64,000 nt of DNA, taken from Torpedo marmorata (taxonomy: Eukaryota). The stretch spans positions 86,676,001-86,740,000 of the forward strand of contig OZ360224.1 of assembly GCA_977017645.1 (NCBI GenBank). The letters are read 5' to 3'. Positions within the stretch are counted from its first letter, which is position 1. Every line of letters starts with the position of its first letter. Positions 48,407 to 60,027 of this stretch are shown here, piece by piece. A program made the position numbers and the translations under genes. Below the pieces are notes generated by a model. The model had not been told where the DNA came from. It did no database searches and saw only the letters and a list, made by a program, of their open reading frames with translations.

Positions 48407-49255
48407 ATGGCGGCGCTGCCGGAGCCGCTGTAGCAGCAGTGCTGCCGTTGGTGCGGACCCACGAGGAGCGAGGGAGCGGAGATACAGCGCTCCCGCCAGG
48501 TCCAGCCGCCCAGTCGACTACCGTCGGTTCCGCACGGGCTTTGAACGGCCAGTTAAAGGAGCCGACGGTGGTTTTATTTGAGATCCCGCGACCGCGGGGT
48601 CTGCGCCCAAGATGGCAGCGCCTATTAATCGGCAGCAGCCACGAGGGGCTGCAGACTCTGGGGAAGCGGGGGACTGGAGCAGGGCACCAGTGGACGGGAA
48701 GATCACCCCCGTCTGAGAAGGAGAAGCGGAGGAGACGACCCACGGGACGGTGACCGCGGCGGCGGACTGGTGAGGGGCTCTGAGGCTGAAGGATCAGTGC
48801 ATGCGGCAGGCTGCTGGCGACTCGAGGCGAGGAACCCGCGGAGGCTGTGGGCTGCTGGAGACTGCTGTCGGGGGACTCACCCCGGGCTGCGGACTGCTGG
48901 AGGCAGGCTCGAACTGGCTGGAGGAGTACCAGGTATTGGAACCGGGATGTGAGGGGGTGCCGAGGGCGACCTGACCGTGTTGGAGGTTCGATCTGGAGCT
49001 CGGGATGCCGATCGTTTGGACTGGACTCTGTGTGGCTGCGGAAGCGCTGGAGGCGAATCTATGGACACTCGGTGACTCTGGGGGGACTCTCTTTTGCTTC
49101 TCTTTCTCTGACTGTAAGGAATGTTAGAGGCGCTTAGGCAATTTCTGCCGATGGCGAATCTGTCTGCCTTGCAGCAGGCAAAAAGAAATTTTGTGGTATA
49201 TGACACTGTCTTATTGCTGTGACAATAAATTGAAATTGAATCTTGAATCTTGAAT
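48407..49255 (+). mobile_element. CpG-rich non-autonomous retroposon, full-length copy
   Basis: Starts ATGGCGGCGCTGCC and ends GACAATAAA..(TCTTGAA)n; inserted in CR1 at TGAAT. Confidence 0.88.
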
Positions 49256-49361
49256 AGGGCATTCAGCATGCTTGCCTTCATAGGCTGAGGCAATGAGTGT
49301 AAGAGTTGAGCTGTTGTGTTGCAGCTGAACAAGTCATTAGTCAGGCTGCACTGGTTCTCAT

Positions 49362-49778
49362 GAGCCAGTCTCCAGCAGCCTGCGTGGGTTCCTCCCCTGC
49401 AAGTCGCCAACAGCTCGTCGTCTGTGTGTGTCCTTCAGCCGCAGAGCCCCTCACTGATCTGCCACCGTGATCACTGTCCTTGGGGTTGTCTCCTCAGCTA
49501 CTCCTTCTCAACTTGGTGTGTTTCTTCCCATTACTGGTTCCCTGCGCCAGTCCGCTGCTCTCCCGGAGTCTGCGACCCCTCGAGGCTGCTGCCGAGCACA
49601 GGTGCCGCCATCTTGGGCCCTGACCCCGCATCGCAGGATTTTTAAAAAACACCATCAGCTCCTTTAACAGGCCATTTAAAGCCCTGCACGGAGCCGTCGG
49701 CATAGGACTGAGCGGTAGGACCCCGCAGGGAGTGCTGTCTCCGTTTAACAGCAGCTCCGGTAGCGCGGCCATTTTTTT
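49362..49778 (-). mobile_element. Partial diverged copy of the CpG-rich retroposon
   Basis: Homologous to the 5' half of 6741-7522. Confidence 0.65.
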
Positions 49779-49904
49779 TGTTTACATTTCCCTCTTTTGC
49801 AATCGTATCTTTCTTGTGTTCAGTTTACAGTAACTGATGAGTACAAATTCTGCCTGGCCCGCAGGGAAATGAATCTCAGGGTTGAATGTGATGTCATGTG
49901 TGTA

Positions 49905-50600
49905 CTCGTGGCGCGGGCAGCAATCCCGGGATTGCCGCCCTTGAGGTCCTGCTTTTCAGCTTCCTTCCTAACTCCCTATATTCCCTCTTTACAGAACCTC
50001 CTATATATTTGCCGAACTATCGAGTCCACATTCGCTATTGCTCTCCGCTTCTACCCCCTTCCATTTTTAGCCGAGGGACCAGACTGTGTGCCGGGGACCT
50101 GACCACGGCGGCTTGTCCCTGGTAGATCGTCCCCCTCAGCGGTATCCAGGGCGGTATACTTGTTGAGGGGAACCGTCGCGGGGGTTCTCTGCACTGGCTG
50201 CCTCTTCCCCTTCCCTCTCATGAGCCAGTTACCTGCCTCTTGTCTCTTGAACTTCTGTCTGTCGCCCTCTGCCTCCCAAGTGGTGCAGAGTTCATCCAGT
50301 TCCAGTTCCCTAACATGGTCTGGGAGGAGCTGGGGCTGGATGCGCCTCTTGCAGGTGGAGTCATCGGGGACGGTTGTGCTGTCCTGGATTTCCAGCATCC
50401 TGCAGGCGGGGCGTTCTGCTGCCCTGGTTGCCATCTCCACAACCTACTCTTTGTTACTCTGCAAAGATCTGGCCTGACCTTACCTGTTGTCCATTCTCAG
50501 CCTCTGCTCGCCGAAGGCTCTCGAGCCAAAGCCTCTAAGTCCCCGCTCCTACACTGGGCCACTCGCGCACTGGCCCCTCCACTTGAGCTTCTCTTCTTTT
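49905..50600 (-). mobile_element. CR1 5' end / ORF1 remnant
   Basis: ORF 50051..50440 has a degenerate Cys motif, VRELELD coiled coil and VPLNKYTALDT. Confidence 0.65.
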
Positions 50601-51307
50601 TCTATGCTGCAGGCTATAGCCTATTATTCAGGGGAGTTTAGGTGTTCTCTCGTTTTGTGGCCTGGGATCCCTCAGTCCCTTAAGGAAGTCTGATTTGATA
50701 TGTCCAAGTCTGTGTCTGGTGTTTTTCTTTAGTCACTTTGACTTTGGTGGTGGGATGGTGGCTGTTGTCAAATGTGTTCTGGGGAGTTTTCTAAATCAAT
50801 ACGTTGAGGTACCAACTGGAAAGAGCGCAATACTGGATCTCCTATGAGGGAATAAAACTGGACAGGTGACAGAAGTATGTGTACCGGAACATTTTGTGTC
50901 CAGTGATCATAATGCCATTATCTTCAAGTTAATTATGGATAAGGATTGAGATTCTAATCTGGAGAAAGGCCAATTCTGAGGAAATGAGAAAGGATCTAGA
51001 AAGCGTGCATTGGGACATTGTTTTCTGTCAAGGATGTGCTTGGTAAGTGGAAGGCCTTCAGAGGTGAAATTTTGAGAGTACAGAGTTTGTATGTTCCTGT
51101 CAGGATTAAAGGCAAATTTAACAGGCATGGGGAACCTTGCTTTTTGAGGGATATTGTGGATCTGGTGAAGAAGAAGAGAGAGGTTTTCAGCAGGAATAGG
51201 CAACATGGAGCAAATGAGGTATTTGAGTACTGGGTGCAGGTCAGTGGGACTAGGCAAAATAATAGTTTGTCACAGACTAGAAGCGCCGAAGGGCCTGTTT
51301 GCTGTGC

Positions 51308-53146
51308 CAAACCCAATGTGCCTATCCAATGAGCAGACCCATTGTTTCTGCCTGCTCCTGCCCCACCGAACTAGTTTCATCTTACCTTGACTCCATCTTT
51401 TCTCCCCTGGTCCAATCCCTCCCCACCTACATCCGCGACACTTCACATGCCCTCCATCTCCTCAATGACTTCAGATTACCTCAACCGGACCACATCATCT
51501 TCACAATGGATGTCCAATCCCTTTATACCTCTATCCCCCACACAGAAGGTCTGAAAGCACTTCGCTTCTTCCTGGACCAAAGACCCGACCAGTCACCCTC
51601 TACCACCACCCTCCTCTGCCTGGCAGAACTTGTCCTCACTCTCAATAACTTCTCCTTTAACTCATCCCACTTCCTCCAAATCAAAGGAGTAGCCATGGGT
51701 ACCCACATGGGTCCCAGCTACGCCTGGCTGTTTGTGGGCTTTGTGGAGCAATCCATGCTGCAAGCCAACACAGGCAAGACCCCTCATCTCTTCCTCCAGT
51801 ATATCGACAACTATATCGGGGCTGCCTCATGCACCATCGATGAGCTTGTCAACTTCATCCACTTCATGTCCAACTTCCACCCTGATCTCAAACTCACCTG
51901 GTCCATCTCCGATAACACTCTCCCCTTCCTGGATCTCTCTGTCTCCATCTCGGGAGACAAGCTTTCCACTGACATATACTACAAACCCGCCAAATCCCAC
52001 AACTATCTGGACTACACTTCCTCACACCCTGTCCCCTGCAAGGATTCCATCCCCTTCTCTCAATTTCTCCGTCTCTGCCGCATCTGTTCCCAAGATGAGG
52101 TCTTCCAGTTCAGATCTTCTGAAATGTCTGCCTTCTTCCACAAACGTGGCTTCCCCTCCACCACCATCAACTCAGCCCTCACCCGCATCTCCTCCATTTC
52201 CCGCTCATCTGCCCTGGCCCCCTCTGCCCCCAGATGCAACAAACATAGAATCCCCCTCATCCTCACCTACCACTCCACCAGCCTCCGCATCCAACACATT
52301 ATCTGCCGGAATTTCCGGCACTTAATACAGGATCCCACCACCAGACACATTTTTCCTTCTCCTCCCCTCTCGATCTTCCGCAGGGACCGCTCCCTCCGCA
52401 ATTCCCTCGTGCACTCGTCCCTCCCCACCCATCGCACCCCCGGCACCTTCCACTGTGCCCGCAGGAGGTGCAACACTTGCGCCCACACTTCCTCCCTCAC
52501 CACGGTCCGGGGCCCCAAACAGGCCTTTCAAGTGAAGCAACACTTCACTTGTACATCCAGATAACTTATTTACTGCATCCGGTGCTCCCTTTGTGGCATT
52601 CTCTACATCGGAGAGACCGGTCGTAGATTGGGAGATCGCTTCGCTGAGCACCTCCTCTCCGTCCGCAACAAGAGCGACCTCCCAGTAGCCAACCATTTCA
52701 ATTCCAAGTCACACTCCCACACTTACATGTCTGTCCATGGCCTTGTGTACTATCCCACCCAGACTACCTGCAAATTGGAGGAACAACATCTTATTTTCTG
52801 TCTGGGCACTCTCCAGCCAGATGGCATTAACTTTTCTGCTTTCCACTAAACCTGCTCGCCTTTTCCTTCCCATCCCCCCTTACCTGTCCTTCCAGTTTTT
52901 TCCACCCACCCAGCCATCCCTCCTCTCCCTCTTTGCTGCTGTCCCCTCCTTCCTTTCTCCACCTATCATCTCCTGCCTTTGCCATCCCCCCTTTCCCCCC
53001 CTCACTCTTTTGTTTGGACGCTTGCCGGCATTTTCTCATACTTTGATGAAGGGCTCAAGTCCGAAACGTCAGTTATGTATTTCTACTTTTGCTACATAAA
53101 AGATACTGTTTGACCTGCTGAGCTTCTCCAGCATTTGTGTTTTTTA
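51308..53146 (+). mobile_element. Penelope-like element, 5'-truncated, same family as 1473-4821
   Basis: ORF 51299..52564 is nearly identical but has YIDN instead of YIDD and a stop before the EN. TSD CTGTTTG(C/T)TGTGC within a CR1 3' UTR. Confidence 0.92.
53037..53077 (+). ncRNA. Minimal hammerhead ribozyme, sense within RPF2 intron 8
   Basis: CATACT-TTGATGA-A-GGGC(TCAA)GTCC-GAAA-CGTC-AGTTATG; core intact, G-U pair in stem II. Confidence 0.68.
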
Positions 53147-53383
53147 CTGTTTGTTGTGCTGTAATGTTTTATACATGGATAGGATGGGTTGAGAGGTACA
53201 AACACAGGCAGGAAGGACTAGTATGGGCAGGACATTTTGCTCAGCATGGACGAGTTGGGCTGGAGGGCCTGTTTCCACGCTGTATGAATAAGCTGCTAGG
53301 AGGAGCAGTCGAGGCAAGTACAATAGCAATGTTTAAAAGACATTTAACACAGATAGGAAAGGTTTAGAGGGCAAATGGCACTA

Positions 53384-54164
53384 CCGTATTTGATGGCATA
53401 TAAGACCCCCCTTTTTATCCCAAAAAATCGCCTCAAAAACCACCTCAGGTCTTATACGCGAAGGTGATATTTTGGTACCGCAATTTTGGGCACCGAGTGG
53501 AGGCTTCCATCCGCAAGATGGCGACAGGAGGAAAGCGCTCAAACTACTCATCCAGCTTCAAGAAGCCCATGGAGGTGCTTCCGCTCACTTCCCCCGGTAA
53601 GGAGGCTCCTTCCCGCCCGCCCTCTCCCTCCCTCCCGCTCGCTCTTTCCCACAGTGCTTTGAGGGGAGCACTGGGCCTCGATGATCAGGCTTTGTTCGAC
53701 GAGCATGGACCCCCCGAGCAAATTGAATGAGGCGCGGGGGCGGGTGACAGTGAGCGAGCGGCCTGTCAAGCTCAGCTCAACAGGCTGCTCACTCACTGCC
53801 ACCCGCCCCCGCGCCTCATTCAACCTGTTCGGGTGGGCCGTGCGCATCGAACAAAGGCAAGCCTGATCACCAAGGCCCAGCGCTCCCGTCAAAGCAAGCG
53901 ATCGATCGTCTGCTCCCCGCAACGGTGGGCCTGGGCCCTGCCTGTTGTCCTGGCTTCTCTCCCTCACACCCTCGCGTGCCCGCGGGTCCCGGCGTGCCTG
54001 TCAACCAATCGGAGTTTGGACGGTGGGGGTGAAGCAGCCTGAGTCTCGACGTGTTGCTGCTGTGAAGGTAAATACACTAAAACAAATTTTTCCTGAAATC
54101 TAACGCTAAAAATGGGGGGAGAGGTCCCTATATGCCAGTGGATCCTATATGCCATCAAATACGG
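53384..54164 (+). mobile_element. Non-autonomous pogo/Tc2-like DNA transposon
   Basis: 19-bp perfect TIR CCGTATTTGATGGCATATA, TA TSD, transposase N-terminal remnant MATGGKRSNYSSSFK. Confidence 0.85.
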
Positions 54165-56301
54165 TAGTTTAGGTGGACAGCTTGGTGTGCCTGGGCAAGT
54201 TAGGTTGAAGGGCTTGTTTCCATGCTGTAAAACTCTGTGACTGTTGTAACTCTGGAACAAAACCTAATGAGACTTTTTTTCTGGGTGGACAGTTGCTGTT
54301 TTGCCAGGTGGAAATGGGGATTTGGGTTGACTCTGCATAACCCATTGGTTTTGTGGTGATAAACAACATTGCGTACGTACGTGTCTTGAGCTTGCAGGAT
54401 TTGGAACATGCAAACCTGAGGACTGCCAGCAGAGGGCTTTCCCAGCCTTCAAAATATGTTTAAAGGTGCTTGCTTGTGTAACAGGGAACCTGGTCAAACC
54501 TGCACAATGGCCAAAAATGTCAGATGGCGTGTAGAATCCAATTTCACAGCCAATGTCCACAGGCAGTGTAACTTGATTAGATTCAAAAATACCCCTGATG
54601 TCTTGAAACGCTGGTTATGTATCTGCTACATAAAGAACGCTGTGTGACATGCTGAGTTTGTCCAGAACTTTTGTGTATTAGATTCAACTGATAGTTTTCA
54701 ACTAATTCACCACCATTATTCAAACAAAAAGAGAAGTAAAAGAGGGTGATCCTGTACAAACATTGAGTTGCCGTAAATCTTGCACATTCTTCCAATGTTG
54801 CTGCCTTCCCTGCCCCTTTTGCGTTCAAGCCTGAGCTGGAGCCTGCTATAGCAACTGTGTGCACTCTATACAGCAACCCAGCAAGACCAACTTTACTGAC
54901 AACCTTTACTGTTGTTACTCAGATTGGGCAGCGTTTGAAAAGAGTGAAACACCTAGCATCTCAAGTTGATAGCTTACCTGAAACAACTTCTCGTATGCTG
55001 CCAAATCTATTGCCATTTCCAGCCTTGCCCTCTTCTTATTTCACCTTTCCACCATGTGCAGCATTTTGCCTTTGTAACAACATCTCTGAAAGCTGAGTAC
55101 TCCATTTGGAAATTCAGCTCTGACATTTTGAACCAGCAGGTTTCCTAATTTGGAATCTGTCTCAGATTACTGTCATGCTGAAGGTATAGCAGACTGACCT
55201 GAATGCATGTATAACCTCCGTTGTGTGATCAGTCATAAACAAATCCACATCATGAGTCCGAGAGTCATGAAACATGGATAAAGGCTCTTTGGCCTGCCGA
55301 TCACCAAGCACTCACCTGCACTAATCCTGTATTCTCCCCACATTTCCCTCAACTCGCCTAGATTCCACCACTCAACTATACAATTATTTGATTTGGTTAT
55401 TATTGTCACATATGCCAAGATACAGTGAAAAGCTTTCATTTGCATGTCATTCAAAGGCTACCAGTGAGCCTCCACATTCTGATGCCATCTTGCAATAAAA
55501 ATAAAGTACAAAAGGAAAGTAAAGCAAGTTCCTTCAGAGACAGTATGGTCGAGGTTACATTAGAGAAGGTGACACCGCTGCCCCCGAAACCACCATGGCA
55601 AGTTGCCACTGTCTCTACTTGTTCCTGTTGTTCATACACGTTGTCCAGCAGCAGGGAGGCCCTGCAGATGGAGGACCTGAGCAAGAGCCCCCACATTCGC
55701 CTGCCTGTTCTCCATCACAATTCCTCCACCCCTGATCCCAATTCCCAGAAGGCGTCAGTGTCTGCGGCTTGGCGGAGTCTTGGTGCTGAGCCCCAGCTGG
55801 AGCCCGCCTTATCTAGCCTCCCTCACTCCGTTTCGTTCAGCTGCCTTCACTCTGCACCACCCTGGTGGGATTGGCAGCAGCGTTCCTTCAGCTTTGCCCC
55901 ATCTGATCCTGTCTGCAATTGTAGATCACCTCTCCTCATCAGACCTCTAAGACCTGCTGCCTATGATCCACCGTCTTGAATTAGGGCAATTTATAGTCAA
56001 TTATAAATATAATTTGGGGGACGAAAGTAGATCACCTGATGAAACCAAGACAGTTATAGGGAAAACGTGCAAACTTCACACAGTAGCAGAGGACAGTGGA
56101 GTTCTGAGGCAGCAACTTTATCAGCCATTCCACTGAACCACTTCTGTGCAGAAATTGAGCTTCTCTCCTGTGCCCAACTGGGGAATGTGTTGTCAACATG
56201 TGTCAGTTACACTTGCTGTAAATTAATTGCTGCAGCAGTATGGTGGGTTGATTAAATTAGTTTTGGCTTTCTTACCCTTCTCATTTGAAGAGCGTTACAA
56301 G

Positions 56302-57791
56302 CACTGTTCCCTCTAAGCTGTGCGCGTGTGCGCACGCACACATTTTGCAACCAGCGCACAAAGGAAATGAATGTGCGCACAAAAGGTTAGTTACCTAAAA
56401 TAATGTAGTAATTAATAATTATACTTATTGAAAATAATCTCTTAGCTAACCGTTTCTGTTAACTAGTTAGTCGGTTTTTCAAATACCACATTTGCACATC
56501 ACTAATTTACGTCACCTCACCTTTCCTGTTCCGGTTTGTACAACTGCAGCACGGCTGCAGCCATGTTTGGCGGACAGTGTTCATATCGTAAAGTTTACAA
56601 AGATCTGTTTTAAATTCTGTAGATAGCTTACTGAGTTCTTAATTGAAATTCTGTAGATAGCTTACTGAGTTTTTAATTGAAATTCTGTAGATAGCTTACT
56701 GAGTTTTTAATTGAAAAAAATATTGATTCACTATGTCGAATTCAAAAGAATCAGAATCAGAATTTATTGTCATGAACAAGTCATGAAATTCGGTGTTTTG
56801 CGGCAGCATCATAGTGCAATTAACATTCATATTAACCATCTAACGACATTACTATAAAAATTATAAACAATAGTGCACGAAAAGTAAGGCAGTGTCTTTG
56901 GTTCATTGATTATTCAGGAATCTGATGGCAGCGGGGAAGAAGCTGTCCTTGTGCCGTTGAGTGCTCGACTTTAGGCTGGGCATGAAGTGCAAAAGAACTG
57001 CAAGTTTGTTTAAAGTTGAATGGCTTAACAAAATAGTAGAAACTGCTACACCGAAGGCTCATGAGGTCATGAACATTCAGCTGCGAGAAATATTTATGTA
57101 TGATTCGGAAACTGGAGTTATCTGTTTGTATTGTGATGGGAAAGTTGCTGGAGAATTTACTAGTGGAAAGAAGTGGGATGATATTTGGAAAGACAGGAGA
57201 GAGAAAAAATAACTCTGACTTAAATATGTATGTTATTCTGTTGTTATTCTGTGTCAAATAGTTTTATGTCAAATATTTTGTAAACCTACATAAACTGTGC
57301 TATGTGTGAAGATTTTCACATTAAGCATTAACTGTGCTATGTGTGAAGATTTTCACATTAAGCACCTGGATATTTGTAATTGAATGAGTTTTGATTTAAC
57401 CATTTCCAGCAACTTTAATAATAATAATAATCTGTGAATTGATGGGTGTTATTGTTATTAATTTATTTAGACATTGCATCATATAAAAATAAGAAATACT
57501 CATTGATGTTTTATTTAATGGAACAACAAACTGAACAAAGTAGTTCAAAGTACAGAATAAAATCTTAACTAAATACGTTACTTCGTAGAATGCAATCATA
57601 CTTGTATTATATTAAAACATGCCAATACAGTTTTATTAGCCATGAGAGAGAGAGAGGCTGTGCGAAAATTATCTTGAAACAATTTCAAGTTTACATTTGC
57701 ACAAGCATTCAGTGCTTTTGTCACAGGAAAAAAATTTGCACAACATAAGATTTTTGCGCACACTGACTACTAAAAATTAGAGGGAACATTG
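56302..57791 (+). mobile_element. hAT deletion derivative with transposase N-terminal remnant
   Basis: TIR CA(C/A)TGTTCCCTCTAA, exact 8-bp TSD GTTACAAG, ORF 56961..57212 (FKVEW..CLYC), Rex tail insertion at 56748-56975, internal 35-bp x3 and ~39-bp x2 tandem repeats. Confidence 0.85.
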
Positions 57792-58386
57792 GTTACAAGT
57801 GATCAAAATGGCATCATATGAAATTTGTTCCACTTTATAATGAAGATAGGAGAAAAATGATATGAGAGCTCTATATTAAATCATGTGGGTTGGACCTCAC
57901 TTTTACAGGGATAAAGGAATGATGTGGAATTCTTCTCTATGATAATGGTGCCTCGTGTACAGTTTTGGTCTCCTTACCTAAAAGAGGATGAACATATAGA
58001 GGGAATGCAGTAAAGATTCACCAGACCAGTTCCAGGGATTGCAGATTTGCTGCATAAGGAAGTATTTTCACCAGGATTTTGCCAGAACTGGAGAGGTTGA
58101 GTTATAGGCAGAGGTTGGATAGGCTGTCTTTATTCGCTAAAGCAAAGGAGGCAGAGGGGTGATCTTGTAGAGGTTTCCAAAATCATGAGGGGCATGGATA
58201 AAGTGAATACTCAGTCTTTTACCTAGGATAGAAGATTCTTGAACTAGAGGGCATAGGTTTAAAGTGAGAGGCAAAAATTTAGGAGGGTCCGGAACACTTT
58301 TTTTTCACTCCGAGGGCAGCCTGTATCTGGAATGATCTGCCAGAGGAAACTAGAAGCCGACACAACAACATTCAAAAGACATTTTG

Positions 58387-58625
58387 ACAGCACGGTTAGC
58401 GTAGCGGTTAGCGCAACACTATTACAGTGCCAGTGACACGGGTTTGAATCCGGCGCTGTCTGTAAGGAGTTTGTACATTCTCCCCGTGTCTGCGTGGGTT
58501 TCCTCCAGGTGCTCTGGTTTCCTCCCACCCTTCAAAACGTATTGGTGTTTGAAGGGTAGGTTATTTGGGTGGCCACGGGCTGGTGAGCCAGAAGGGCCTG
58601 TTACCATGCTGTATGTTGAAATTTA
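58387..58625 (+). mobile_element. tRNA-derived V-SINE (HE1-like)
   Basis: A box TAGCGTAGCGG, B box GGTTTGAATCC, V-domain GGAGTTTG..TTCTCCCCGTGTCTGCGTGGGTTTCC, CR1-like tail. Confidence 0.8.
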
Positions 58626-59469
58626 AAAATATTTATGGATAGGAGGGGCTAGGAGGGATATGGACTAATTGCCGTCAAGTGAGATTCGCCCAGAATGCCA
58701 GCTTGGTCGGTATGGACAAATGGGCCAAAGGGAGTGTTCTATGCTGCATGGCTCTATAATTATACTAGTAGACTGTGTTCTCTACAGTTCAGAAGAATGA
58801 GAGGTGATCTTATTGAAACATTCAAATGTTTTATGGCACTACTGTGAAACTGAGGAATCTAAAGACTGGGTCACAGGAGAAGTGGGTAGGCCACTTTGGA
58901 CTGCATTGAGGAGAAATATCTTCACTTGAGGCTGGTCAATCCTCAAATGTCCCAAAGGCCAGCTAGTTGGTAGGTTGACTGGCTACTGTGAATGTAGGTG
59001 GCTGGTGGGAAGAATCAGCGAGGAGTTGGGGGTATGAGTGAGAGAATAAGTTACAGGAAATAATTGAGGGAATGGTATTGCTGAGAGCTGGCATCGACTC
59101 GTCAGGCTGAATGACATAATACAAGGAAGAATAAAAGATTGAGATTCTCAACCCTGGATCAAGATGGAGGTCAACATATTTCATAATATTAAGAGATACG
59201 GGGATAGTGCAGGAAAATGGTGCAGAGATAGAAGATCAAACATGATCTTGATAGATGGTGGAGCAAGCTTGAAGGGCTGGATGACATACCCATGTTCCTA
59301 TTTCGTATTCTTATGAAAGGGCCCACCTGAATGTAGCAGAGGATTTCCTGCTGATTTGCAGGGAAGATTTCGTCCAAGGGTTTGACACTCGGTTGGAACA
59401 ATTTGGGCATTTGTGCTAATCTAACATGCATCGAGCACGAAAGCATTAATGAGGACCTTGACTAATAAA

Positions 59470-60005
59470 ACAGCAGAATGGCACATCTGTCAGAGCTCCT
59501 GCCTCCCAGTTCCAACAACCCAGGTTCAATCCTGACCTCTAGTGCTGCCTGGAGCTTGCATGTGTTCCTGCAATCTTATGGGTTTCCTTTCAGTGCTCTG
59601 TTTTCTCATGCATCCCAAAGACATGTGGGTTGGTAAATTCCATTTCACAAATGTGCTGGAGAAACTTAGCAGGTCACGCAGCATCCATAGGAATTAAAGG
59701 ATAACCAACGTTTCATTCAAGATGAAGGGCCCGGGCCCAAAACCTTGGTCACCCTTCACTTCCTATGGACACTGCGTGACCTGCTGAGTTTCTCCAGCAT
59801 CTGCAGACTTTCTTGTTTAACTCCTGGGTTGGTAGGTTGATTGGCATCTGTAAATTGCCCTGAGTGTATAGGTTAGTGGTAGAATCTGGGAAAATCGATA
59901 GAAATGTGGGGTGAATAAAATGAGATTGTTGTAGGATTAGTGTAAATTGGTGCCTTGTGGTTGGCACATACTCAGTGGGCTGCAGGGCCTGTTTCCATGA
60001 TCTGA
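59470..60005 (+). mobile_element. Older V-SINE, interrupted by a Penelope mini-element
   Basis: B box GGTTCAATCC and a degenerate V-domain; ends about 20 nt before the exon 9 acceptor. Confidence 0.65.
59636..59824. mobile_element. Head-to-head (palindromic) Penelope mini-element
   Basis: Inverted pLTR tail followed by HHR remnant and direct tail; 10-bp TSD TGGGTTGGTA. Confidence 0.8.
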
Positions 60006-60027
60006 TGAGCGTCTTCCTTGTTCACAG

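Noticed and set aside
49834-49872. CTGATGA...GAAA hammerhead-like boxes
   Set aside because: No stem II or III pairing; it lies in a LINE 3' UTR fragment.
56613-57365. 35-bp and ~39-bp direct repeats resembling a CRISPR array
   Set aside because: Tandem repeats without spacers, inside a eukaryotic hAT element.
58387-58460. tRNA-like sequence
   Set aside because: It is the head of a V-SINE, not a tRNA gene.
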